Source of the DNA: Patescibacteria group bacterium
GTDB lineage: Bacteria > Patescibacteriota > CPR2 > UBA1875 > CAIMLA01
Length of the DNA stretch: 63,429 bases
Direction of reading: 5' to 3'
Assembly (NCBI GenBank): GCA_028718325.1
Contig: JAQUMB010000001.1
Location: 1-63,429 of the forward strand
Shown here: positions 53,515-61,873 of the stretch, piece after piece
Numbering within the stretch: position 1 is the stretch's first letter
How the letters are laid out: every line of letters starts with the position of its first letter
Notes under the pieces: generated by a model
What the model saw: only the letters and a program-made list of their open reading frames with translations
Database searches by the model: none
What the model was told of the DNA's origin: nothing
Program-made: the position numbers and the translations under genes

Positions 53515-54513
53515 CTACCCACTATTGATATCATTTACCCCGATCTTTTCCAGTGAGGGTGCCCCTCTTACCTTGTCCTTTCCTCTTTTTTTCGCTAACT
53601 TACACGCATTGTCAGCCTTTAGGAAAAGCTCTTCACTGTTACTGGCGTCTGCTGGGTATGTAGCTACCCCAATGGTGACAGTCAGATGGATGATTTCACC
53701 ATCAACCACAAACTCCACAGACCGTATTGCCCTACAGAAATTTCCGGCTTCTTTGACAGCGTTTTCTTTCGTTGTTTCCGGCAAAAGAACCACAAACTCG
53801 TCACCGCCGTAGCGGGCAACGGTATCAACCCGACGGGTTTTCGTTGCCAAGACATGTGCTATCTTCCGGAGAGTCTTGTCACCAACCTGGTGACCGTACG
53901 TGTCGTTAATCCCCTTGAAGCGATCAACATCGATGACCGCCAACGATAGGTCATGGGAAAACCGATCTGCTCGATCGATTTCCTTTTTGATCTTTTCATC
54001 GAACACCCGTCGGTTATTGAGCCCTGTCAGAACATCTGTCCTCGCACCATAATGGCCCACAGCCCACCTAAGGGTAGACACCAGAATTGTACGCAGTCTT
54101 ACCTCTTGTTCCTCATTTGGCTTTTCAGCTGAATCAAATATTGCCCATGCGTACTTTTCTTGATCCTCATATTCTAAATGGAACCTCGCAGGGAACATTA
54201 ATTCCCCCACACCGGTTTCGAGCAGAATAGGTCCCGACTCCTGTAGCTTAACAACTATCCTAAAGGAACCCGGCATCACTTCGTCGACGATTTCTAAGAG
54301 CGCTTTTGGGAGTCGTTCTTCACTAGAACCAAGGATAATTGGGATGATGCTGTTCACACCACAATCACGATGATATCCATCATGATACACCTTGGCCCTA
54401 TCTTTTTCTCTTTCAAGCTCTTTCGTCAGTTTCCTTATAGACTTGGTGGCCACAAAGAGAGCTGCAGCCATGATGAACACGCTTATCGTGAAGATATCGA
54501 CCGTGATTGACAT
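53515..54513 (-). CDS. diguanylate cyclase (GGDEF domain) with N-terminal TM and an uncharacterised sensor region
   Basis: RYGGDEFVVLLP active site, an RxxD-like RRVD upstream, and N-terminal TM ISVFIMAAALFVA. Confidence 0.88.
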   Translation of the reverse strand: MSITVDIFTISVFIMAAALFVATKSIRKLTKELEREKDRAKVYHDGYHRDCGVNSIIPIILGSSEERLPKALLEIVDEVMPGSFRIVVKLQESGPILLETGVGELMFPARFHLEYEDQEKYAWAIFDSAEKPNEEQEVRLRTILVSTLRWAVGHYGARTDVLTGLNNRRVFDEKIKKEIDRADRFSHDLSLAVIDVDRFKGINDTYGHQVGDKTLRKIAHVLATKTRRVDTVARYGGDEFVVLLPETTKENAVKEAGNFCRAIRSVEFVVDGEIIHLTVTIGVATYPADASNSEELFLKADNACKLAKKRGKDKVRGAPSLEKIGVNDINSG

Positions 54514-54650
54514 CTGGCTGCCCTCCTCTCAAGAAATTTCAAGGTACTCGATCTTGATAAATGATTCCTAGACTGGACAAAGAATTATACCCATAAAGTA
54601 ATCTTTTGTCAAAAATATTTATTAGAAATATCTAGAATGGGGAAATAGCT

Positions 54651-55037
54651 CTAATCTTCCCAAAAATTTTCAACTATATTGCTATCGTTGTGCTTTAGTC
54701 TATTTGAAATAATGAGCAATTCAACGTCTCCTGGCCCTTCGTTCCAAAAACCCCTTACTACTTGTGGTGCAATTCTGATAGCATCATGCGGTTTTAGCTC
54801 TAACACCTTCTCATCTAGCTTGACTAAAATATTACCGGAGATAACAAAAGTGACCTCCTCCTGCTCTTTATGACGATGCCCGTGGCTACCCTTAGCCCCG
54901 GTGTTTGCCGGCATACGCCTGTAAGTAATAGCAACCTGCTCGGTTTGTAGATCATTTTTCATCATTTTCATCTCGCCAGGATAATCGCCCAAAATATCCT
55001 TCACATCAGCCAAATGAACAATCGTATAATCAGGCAT
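54651..55037 (-). CDS. cupin domain protein
   Basis: GSHGHRHKEQEEVTFVISG (GX5HXHX3-4E). I start the gene at MPDYTIV, with RBS AAGGAGT 4 nt upstream. Confidence 0.8.
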   Translation of the reverse strand: MPDYTIVHLADVKDILGDYPGEMKMMKNDLQTEQVAITYRRMPANTGAKGSHGHRHKEQEEVTFVISGNILVKLDEKVLELKPHDAIRIAPQVVRGFWNEGPGDVELLIISNRLKHNDSNIVENFWED

Positions 55038-55105
55038 GATACTCCTTCCTTTTATATTTTGAACACGATTCAAATCTAAATAATCAAATATTTGCAAGCG
55101 TTGAT

Positions 55106-55639
55106 TTATGGGTTAACCGATATTTGAGTAGCTTGAACTACGCCGTTGTTGTCTTTTTGCCCCCAAACCAAGACGGTGTCTTCTGCTTTTACTGTATTTG
55201 CTGAATTGATTGGAAACCTGGTAGTATCGTTAATCTGAACATTATATGACGTTCCGCTTACGTCCATGGTAAATGTCTTGCCATTTACACCCGTAACTTT
55301 TCCGATAATTCGGTTTTGAAAGACTCTATATCCACCCATCATTCCCGGCCGCCCCATATTCCCAAAACCCATATTCCCATAATCTCTGGTGATTCTCGTA
55401 TGGTTATTGCCTATAAACCTGGGCCCAAAATTATTGTGATCAACAAAGAAAGCGCCCAAGCCTATCGCAGCCAAAATAACTAGCAACACACCCAACAAGA
55501 AAGGAAGCTTGTTTCCTTTGTGGTATGTTTCTTCTTTATTGTTTGACTGATTACTTTCTTCGACAGGTTTTGACTTTCTTTCTTCAGTTACTGGCTCAGC
55601 AATTTTTTCGCCTTCTCTTTCTTCCTGTGATTCTGGCAT
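55106..55639 (-). CDS. signal-anchored protein with a DUF5666-like C-terminal beta domain
   Basis: TM LLGVLLVILAAIGLGAFF. C-terminus GKVTGVNGKTFTMDVSGTSYNVQINDTTRF...VLVWGQ. Confidence 0.55.
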   Translation of the reverse strand: MPESQEEREGEKIAEPVTEERKSKPVEESNQSNNKEETYHKGNKLPFLLGVLLVILAAIGLGAFFVDHNNFGPRFIGNNHTRITRDYGNMGFGNMGRPGMMGGYRVFQNRIIGKVTGVNGKTFTMDVSGTSYNVQINDTTRFPINSANTVKAEDTVLVWGQKDNNGVVQATQISVNP

Positions 55640-55718
55640 AATAGCCCCCTTTATTAGTTTAAATCAAACTGATTGTAATCATATAAGCTTAGAAAAAACT
55701 GAAAACGTAATAGGAAAT

Positions 55719-56558
55719 TTACAAAAACAATGGCGTATTGTTTTGTAGAAAAGTCTTTACTGTATTTATCGGTATAGCGAACCCGATTGACTGTCCTTGT
55801 TGGTCGATCGCTGTGTTTATGCCGATCACCTGGCCATCCAGATTGACCAAAGGCCCACCTGAATTCCCAGGATTTATGGCTACATCGATTTGGAGCATAT
55901 TATTCAACGTTTCCACCCCACCGCCAGATAAACTCCCTGCCTGGATTGATCTATTCAAGGCGCTAATAACTCCCACCGTAACCGTATTTTGATATTGCCC
56001 TAGAGCATTCCCGATAGCTATCGCCTCTTGGCCGATTTGCAGGCTGGCTGAATTCCCCAGTACAACATAAGGTAAGTTGTTAGCATCAATCTTTAGCAAG
56101 GCTATATCATTGTTATTGTCCAATGCTTGAATCTTGGCGTTATATTGCTTCCCAGTACTGGTACTAACCGTATAAGTCGCGTTACTGTCGCTAACAACAT
56201 GTTTGTTCGTCAATATCAAACCATCTTTACTAACCAAAAACCCTGTTCCTGCTGTTTGTGAACTCTGGGTGTTACCAAAAAAATCAACTGACTGACTTTT
56301 GCCGCTAATACTGACAACAGCGGGTGAAGCTTGCTTCACTGAGCTGATGACAGCAGAGTTTTCATTGACAGTTTGTTGAGCGCTGGCATTGGTCACGACA
56401 TTTCCGCTTTGTTTCTGATTATTAACAAAAAGGGAGGCTCCCAAAAATCCACCGATCACACTGAAAAAGATATTAGATATTACAAAAGCGAGGATCAATT
56501 TGTACGGTATAACCCTGTTATTTCTTTCGATATCAATTCTATTATCTTGATCTTCCAT
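55719..56558 (-). CDS. trypsin-like serine protease (S1C, HtrA-like, no PDZ domain)
   Basis: Catalytic triad contexts TNKHV, DIALLK and GNSGGPL. N-terminal TM. Confidence 0.85.
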   Translation of the reverse strand: MEDQDNRIDIERNNRVIPYKLILAFVISNIFFSVIGGFLGASLFVNNQKQSGNVVTNASAQQTVNENSAVISSVKQASPAVVSISGKSQSVDFFGNTQSSQTAGTGFLVSKDGLILTNKHVVSDSNATYTVSTSTGKQYNAKIQALDNNNDIALLKIDANNLPYVVLGNSASLQIGQEAIAIGNALGQYQNTVTVGVISALNRSIQAGSLSGGGVETLNNMLQIDVAINPGNSGGPLVNLDGQVIGINTAIDQQGQSIGFAIPINTVKTFLQNNTPLFL

Positions 56559-56685
56559 GATTCCTTCTTTCTTATGGTTTCAGAATATAAAAAATATAGC
56601 AGACAAACCTTAATATTTGCTGAAGATTTAATAAAGAAGACCTGCCTCAGGAGACAGGTCTCATTTGGCAGGTCGTTTGTGTATT

Positions 56686-57168
56686 TTAATATTCGCTTTT
56701 AATTACAAAAAACGAACCCCGAATTGTTCCGGCTAATTTGGATTTCTGCCTAGCAAACTTAAACTTGCCCTCTAACTCCTTTGGCACTTTCATACCTTCT
56801 GAGAGCTTGAAACCGACAGCTCGCTTCTTGGGGTTATCAACCGTATACAGAACATTAACCTCCAGGCCGTCTTCATAGAATACATAGACCCATTTGATAT
56901 TTTCCACTTGAAAACGCGAGGTTTCTAAAGGCTTCGCTTCAAATTCAAGATTTCGCTCTTCTTTTAGAATTCGGCTAACGTATTCAAGGATCTCTTGGCT
57001 TTCACTAGCTGGTATAACTGTAAATTCATGGCCGTATTTATTCATGAAATAACGAGCTTCATTAGCGCGTAAGCCAGCAAGTGCTTTCGCTACAGGTGAA
57101 GATTCTAGGCCAATAGTGGAAACATTATTAAAATCAACTATATAGGACATTTTTTTCTCCTCGGTCAT
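56686..57168 (-). CDS. hypothetical protein
   Basis: 160-aa ORF with a terminator hairpin at about 56640-56665. No recognisable motif. Confidence 0.5.
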   Translation of the reverse strand: MTEEKKMSYIVDFNNVSTIGLESSPVAKALAGLRANEARYFMNKYGHEFTVIPASESQEILEYVSRILKEERNLEFEAKPLETSRFQVENIKWVYVFYEDGLEVNVLYTVDNPKKRAVGFKLSEGMKVPKELEGKFKFARQKSKLAGTIRGSFFVIKSEY

Positions 57169-57180
57169 TATTTTCTCTTT

Positions 57181-57375
57181 TCATTTTATGGCAAGCCGCC
57201 AGATAATATTGATTATGATGACAACTAACAAGAAAGTTACTATCTCCCAAGTCGCCCTTTTGTTTACAGATACAAATGCGACTAATATGGCTAAGGCTAC
57301 GGCAACATATAGTAATTGGAGGATCCAAACGTAGATTGGCAGGCTTAAGAATGTATTATTTAAGAAATCTTTCAT
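57181..57375 (-). CDS. hypothetical small membrane protein (two TM)
   Basis: 64 aa, hydrophobic. Confidence 0.4.
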   Translation of the reverse strand: MKDFLNNTFLSLPIYVWILQLLYVAVALAILVAFVSVNKRATWEIVTFLLVVIIINIIWRLAIK

Positions 57376-57410
57376 ACTATAATTATACGCCCTATTTAAA
57401 GTACTTAGCA

Positions 57411-57536
57411 GGTTAGATGTTTTGCGCCTGTCCGGTCCGAAGCCTCGAGCGAAGGAGGGTCATTAATTTAATAAGCTGACATAAAATCAGCTTATTAAAT
57501 ATGTTCCCTTTGGAGAGTCGAGAAGCGCAAAGATCA
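57411..57536. repeat. intergenic mosaic repeat, copy A (long imperfect palindrome with central hairpin AATAAGCTGA...TCAGCTTATT)
   Basis: 55-nt block 57459-57513 matches 60321-60376 at roughly 85%. The left arm 57421-57466 matches 57900-57942. The ends TTTGCGC/GCGCAAA are inverted. Confidence 0.75.
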
Positions 57537-57538
57537 TT

Positions 57539-57571
57539 AAAAAAGAAGCATCTTGTTTGATGCTTCTTTTT
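57539..57571 (-). terminator. intrinsic terminator
   Basis: AAAAAGAAGCATC-AAACAA-GATGCTTCTTTTTT on the minus strand. Confidence 0.7.
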
Positions 57572-57577
57572 AAGACT

Positions 57578-57760
57578 TTAGAACACTTGAGCAATAATCC
57601 AAATTGCTCCGGCCAGAGCGAGGAAAAATAATCCTAGCCCGACAGGTGATCCCCAGCTGAACCAAGAACCCCACGCGCGCCAGTGCTTCATGTGAGGTTC
57701 GTCAGCTTCAAGCCAGGACTTGTAATCCGCAAGTTGTTCTTCTTGACTTTTTTTAGCCAT
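57578..57760 (-). CDS. hypothetical small membrane protein (Trp-rich, one TM)
   Basis: 60 aa. HWRAWGSWFSWGSPVGLGLFFLALAGAIWIIAQVF. Confidence 0.5.
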   Translation of the reverse strand: MAKKSQEEQLADYKSWLEADEPHMKHWRAWGSWFSWGSPVGLGLFFLALAGAIWIIAQVF

Positions 57761-57899
57761 AGTCGACTCCTTATTATTTAGTTAATAATGAGCCCCTATT
57801 TATGTTAAGCCAGTAGCGATTACATCTCAGAGGCAAAGATTGCCGTGAATCTGGGCTTATTAACACGATTATTATAGCACAAAAGCTCAGTAAATTAAA

Positions 57900-57995
57900 T
57901 TTGGCCTGCCCGTCCAAAACGAGGTGAAGAAGGATCATTATTACAATCTTAAGTCAACTTGCAGAGATCTCTAGAGAACCGTCCCAAGGGTTGCT
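57900..57995. repeat. intergenic mosaic repeat, copy C (degenerate)
   Basis: TTTGGCCTGCCCGTCCAAAACGAGGTGAAGAAGGATCATTATT aligns with the left arm of copy A. It contains the palindrome CTCTAGAGATCTCT-like core. Confidence 0.5.
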
Positions 57996-58050
57996 CCTTA
58001 AAAAACAATCAAAAAGCGGGGTTTACCCAGCTTAATGTTTTTCGCTTTAA

Positions 58051-59166
58051 TTATGACTCTTTCGGTACGGCTGCTGTTTCATCCTTTTTCTTAAACAACT
58101 TCCTTAAACCATGATATTTACGTTCCAGGTAAACCACCAAGACAATAAGCAGTATCAGCAAAAGTCCGATCCCGGTCAGAAAATATATGTTTGTCAAAAA
58201 ATTCCATTTGCTTTCTTTGACTTGGGTCGCCGCAACTGTTGCCTTTGGATTGAACTTTACCCGTAACGATAATGTTTTTTCAGAAACGGAGCCTCCGGCA
58301 TTTTTGGCCGCTAGTTTTACGTCATAATCTTGATTCAACTTAAGACTTGGATGATCAGCTAAGACCAGATTATAGTTATCCAGCTGTTTATCCGGGATAT
58401 CTATAATTTCTGTTTCTACCGCTTTTTGGGCTTCGTAAATATACATTACATAACCGGCCAAATCGGCTTCTTTGTTTTTATCCCAAGAAAAGACAATTTG
58501 TTCGTCTTGATTCCTATCCACCTTAAAGTTAGTTGGTACCGCCAAAACACTGGGCGCAACAACAGGAGCAGTGGCAATGGTAGTAGCTTTTGTGGCAGTT
58601 TTCGTAGTTGTTGGGGCCGTCGGAGTAGTTCCAGATGTAGTCGTCGCAACATCTTTGCCATACTGCTTAAACAGTCTGTCTGCTCCAACAGGGGCTTGCT
58701 CATCACCGGTCAGCGCTACACCTCTCGAATATGTAACTCCGTCTGTACCTGTCATCCAATAGGTCTGGTTATCGATATTACTTGATAAATAGAAAGCATA
58801 TGTTGTTTCGGGGGTAACCACTAGGCTATTTTCAAAAACAAAAGGCTCCCAGGCAGCATCACCGGCGAAGGTAAGGACATGCGTTTCTGAGCCAATCACC
58901 TGTTTTGAAGCAAAGTTTTTGACTGTCATTGTAACACTGGTACCAGTTTGCCTATGCTTGAAATAAACATCAATCGATGTAACTCTATTGTATGTAGGCG
59001 TAAAGGTTTGACCAGTACCACCTATTCCAATTGATCCATAGCCCGTGTTTGATTCAACGGCATAGGACTGATCAAGGACAGAACCATCCCCAGCGATGAC
59101 ACTACCTAGCGGTAGTAAAAAAACGCAGAAGGATGCGCTAATTATAAATAACTTTAATTTTTTCAT
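58051..59166 (-). CDS. surface protein: signal peptide, beta-rich N-domain, Thr-rich linker, fibronectin-type-III-like domain, C-terminal TM anchor
   Basis: Signal peptide MKKLKLFIISASFCVFLLPLGSVIA, linker TTTSGTTPTAPTTTKTATKATTIATAP, and an FN3-like PTNFKVDRNQDEQIVFSWDKNKEADLAGYVMYIYE. The C-terminal TM is followed by a basic tail. Confidence 0.72.
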   Translation of the reverse strand: MKKLKLFIISASFCVFLLPLGSVIAGDGSVLDQSYAVESNTGYGSIGIGGTGQTFTPTYNRVTSIDVYFKHRQTGTSVTMTVKNFASKQVIGSETHVLTFAGDAAWEPFVFENSLVVTPETTYAFYLSSNIDNQTYWMTGTDGVTYSRGVALTGDEQAPVGADRLFKQYGKDVATTTSGTTPTAPTTTKTATKATTIATAPVVAPSVLAVPTNFKVDRNQDEQIVFSWDKNKEADLAGYVMYIYEAQKAVETEIIDIPDKQLDNYNLVLADHPSLKLNQDYDVKLAAKNAGGSVSEKTLSLRVKFNPKATVAATQVKESKWNFLTNIYFLTGIGLLLILLIVLVVYLERKYHGLRKLFKKKDETAAVPKES

Positions 59167-59250
59167 TTCCCTCCCTAACTCAGTTTTTTGAGTATTTTTA
59201 TTTTAGTTTAAGTTTACTCCCTTTTAGCTTAAAAACAATCATTATTATCA

Positions 59251-59280
59251 AAATTAGCAAACCGTTCGGCTTGCTAATTT
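59251..59280 (-). terminator. hairpin / probable terminator distal to repeat copy D
   Basis: AAATTAGCAA-...-TTGCTAATTT, with a T-run on the minus strand. Confidence 0.45.
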
Positions 59281-59284
59281 CTTA

Positions 59285-59420
59285 GTGAGTGTCTGCCGGC
59301 GTACCAATTAATCTTCGATTTGGAAACTTGGTTCCAACATACGTACTTTGGCGAAGCGAGAGGCGCAGGAGCCATCTAACCGAAAATGAGACACTATAAA
59401 AACTATCTATGTCTCATTTT
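59285..59420. repeat. intergenic mosaic repeat, copy D (includes 11-bp-stem hairpin 59383-59420)
   Basis: 59321-59377 aligns with 63276-63332 at roughly 70%. The exact 24-mer GAAAATGAGACACTATAAAAACTA at 59382-59405 recurs at 60407-60430. CATCTAACC is the reverse of GGTTAGATG in copy A. Confidence 0.72.
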
Positions 59421-59424
59421 AGAT

Positions 59425-60210
59425 CTAAACTGGCCTAAGAGTACCGGCAAATACTTGCCAGGCAAGAAGTGACTTTGCTACCAAAGAAAGAATAATGTAC
59501 ATTCTCTCGCCATAGAGATAGTTTCTCCAGGGACCGACTTTTTTGTACTGAAGGAATTGGTTTAGGGCAAAGATGTCAAAGAAAATAAAGATTGAAAAGA
59601 AGATCCAATAAACAAAAGTTGGTGGCTTAGCATCACCGCTACCGGCGCCAAGAAGATAGATCGCAACTGCAATCCAAGGAACAATACCGGCAAAAGTTCC
59701 AAAAATATAGGCAGTCCAATTGGTTTTCTTTGTCGTTTGATTATGCAACTCCATCATCCAGCCAAAGAAAATCATACAGGCGTTTAGGGCAAAAATCAGC
59801 ATTAGACTTATGCCATCATAGATTCCAACAAGCATGGCGATTACAACCATCATAATAGACGAACTAAAGGCATATTCCACCCATCTCATATAATTGGCAC
59901 CTTTTTTAAGATTAGCAACATACCAAGGATAAACACTTGGCAGCGAAAGAATAAAATGGGCGGCAGCTGAAAGAAACAAGAAAAGAGCAATTAGAGGAGC
60001 AATTTGCAAAGTGAATCTTTCCTGCACAACGGGCAAAAGCTTTTGTGCTTGAACGTTAAATTGCAGAAATGATGTTGTTACCGGTAAGGCAAAAGCTGTA
60101 GCTAAAACTAATAAAACAACACCCTGAATAAGGTGCAGAAATCCCATAAAAATATTGAATTTTCTAAGTCCCGAAAATGTTTTCTCGGTTACTTGTTTCT
60201 CGACAGGCAT
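59425..60210 (-). CDS. heliorhodopsin
   Basis: 261 aa, 7 TM. FLHLIQ, AAHFILS, RWVEYAFSSS, FGW, GIVPW and GERMYIILSLVAKSLLAWQVFAGTL (Schiff-base Lys in SLVAKS) match my recollection of heliorhodopsin 48C12 along the whole length. Confidence 0.9.
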   Translation of the reverse strand: MPVEKQVTEKTFSGLRKFNIFMGFLHLIQGVVLLVLATAFALPVTTSFLQFNVQAQKLLPVVQERFTLQIAPLIALFLFLSAAAHFILSLPSVYPWYVANLKKGANYMRWVEYAFSSSIMMVVIAMLVGIYDGISLMLIFALNACMIFFGWMMELHNQTTKKTNWTAYIFGTFAGIVPWIAVAIYLLGAGSGDAKPPTFVYWIFFSIFIFFDIFALNQFLQYKKVGPWRNYLYGERMYIILSLVAKSLLAWQVFAGTLRPV

Positions 60211-60239
60211 TTATCCTCCTATATTTTTGTTATAGCTCA

Positions 60240-60268
60240 ATATTAAACTTCAAAGAGATTAATGACAA
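60240..60268 (-). promoter_or_regulatory. candidate promoter of the heliorhodopsin gene
   Basis: Minus-strand TTGTCA, 17 nt, TAATAT. RBS TAGGAGGA precedes the ATG at 60210. Confidence 0.4.
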
Positions 60269-60289
60269 GCAAAAGAGACTGAGCTTCTT

Positions 60290-60430
60290 TAAAAAGTGCT
60301 TAGCAAAAAGCTAAGAGTGCGTCATTAATATAATAAGCCGACAAAAGTCAGCTTATTAGGTATGCGTTCCATTTGGTGAACTACTCCTTGCCGGAACTAC
60401 TTGGAAGAAAATGAGACACTATAAAAACTA
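60290..60430. repeat. intergenic mosaic repeat, copy B
   Basis: It shares the 55-nt hairpin block with copy A and the exact 24-mer with copy D. The 24-mer here overlaps the stop codon of the ligase gene. Confidence 0.72.
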
Positions 60431-61873
60431 GCCTACATTAACCATACTCATTAATTTCGCTAAAGATGGTTTTCCAGTTAAGGTTTTTGGTATATTACTT
60501 ATTAAGAAAACGGTGTCTGGTCTCCAAGAAGCTGGCAAGTTTTTTTTATAGTACTCCTGAATTTCTCTATTAGACATGTCTGAAACAATAAAAAATAATA
60601 TTTTATCATTTAAGCTTTCCTTGTTTTGTAACCCAGTTACATAGATTTCCTTGATCTTGCTGTTTTGCAACATTGCCCATTCAACATCTCGTGGGTTAAC
60701 CAAATAACCATTTTTCATAATTTTTTCTTGAATTCTACTTTTTAGTTTTAGTTTGTTATTTTCCTTCAAAAAAATGTCCCCGGAACGCCACCATCCATCC
60801 GAAGCAAAGTTGGCTTTAGTCGCCTTTTCGTTTTTATAATATCCCGGGAAGAGTCCGGGGCTTTTGGTTGACAGTTCTTCATTATTCTCTATCCTTATTT
60901 TTACTCCTTTTGGTAGACAGCCAAAGACGCCAGGAGATCTTTCTGATAATGTATTTAGTGCGATAGTCCCTGTTTCAGATGTCCCATAACGATCAAAAAT
61001 TTCCGCTCCGAAACGATCCTTAAATTCTTGCCATAATAAAGGGGATAGATGAGATGAACCAGATTCAAATAGTCGAACTTTATTCAGGTCATAATATTTT
61101 TCAGGGTTATGGTCCATTAATTTTTTGTAAATAGCTGGGACACCGAGAAACATTGAAATTTTTCCCGAGTCTAATAGCTCTAGTGCGCTATCTGGATTAA
61201 AGAAATTTTGTAAAAAAACTGTATTACCATGGAAAAGACTACCCAAAAGCCCAATTACTAACCCATGACGGTGTGACAGAGGCAACGGTATAAATATCGT
61301 ATCATTCCCGGTCCATCCCATAGGTTTGGCGATCGACTCTATATCCCAAAGCTGGTTATAGTGAGTATTCGGGATGACCTTTGGATTTCCGGTTGTTCCA
61401 GATGCATAGAATAAAGTAGAAATCTGTTGTTCGGGTGGCAAGAATTCATTTTTATAAGAGACTGGCCTAAACTTTTTTCTGTATAAATCATCAACTATAA
61501 TTGACTTGATAGAACTTGAAAAATAATTCCGATGTTTATGGTCGGTTATTATAAGGCTTGGCTTCGTTGTGTTAATTATGTTGTCGATCTCTAGCTTTTT
61601 AAAACTAACGTCTATAGGCATCGCCATGTGACCGCTAGAGATAATACCGTAATAAATTACGACAAATTGCCAAGAGTTTGGTAATATGATGGCAATTACG
61701 TGTTGTTTGCCAGTATCACCAAAGTGCTTACGGAGAAAACTTTCTATATTATTTGAATCAGCATAAAGCTCAGACCAATTTAGTGTCTTGTCTTGACAAA
61801 TAAGAGCTTTTTTCAAGCCTATTTTTTTTGCATTATTTTTTAAATAATCAGTTAGATATTTCCCCTTATTCAT
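60428..61873 (-). CDS. AMP-dependent synthetase/ligase (acyl-CoA-synthetase / adenylate-forming superfamily)
   Basis: LFYASGTTGNPKV (AMP-binding P-loop), YGTSETG, and GWWRSGD. I prefer the start at MNKGKY (61873), which overlaps the upstream stop as ATGAATAA. The ORF-track start is 61900. Confidence 0.85.
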   Translation of the reverse strand: MNKGKYLTDYLKNNAKKIGLKKALICQDKTLNWSELYADSNNIESFLRKHFGDTGKQHVIAIILPNSWQFVVIYYGIISSGHMAMPIDVSFKKLEIDNIINTTKPSLIITDHKHRNYFSSSIKSIIVDDLYRKKFRPVSYKNEFLPPEQQISTLFYASGTTGNPKVIPNTHYNQLWDIESIAKPMGWTGNDTIFIPLPLSHRHGLVIGLLGSLFHGNTVFLQNFFNPDSALELLDSGKISMFLGVPAIYKKLMDHNPEKYYDLNKVRLFESGSSHLSPLLWQEFKDRFGAEIFDRYGTSETGTIALNTLSERSPGVFGCLPKGVKIRIENNEELSTKSPGLFPGYYKNEKATKANFASDGWWRSGDIFLKENNKLKLKSRIQEKIMKNGYLVNPRDVEWAMLQNSKIKEIYVTGLQNKESLNDKILFFIVSDMSNREIQEYYKKNLPASWRPDTVFLISNIPKTLTGKPSLAKLMSMVNVG

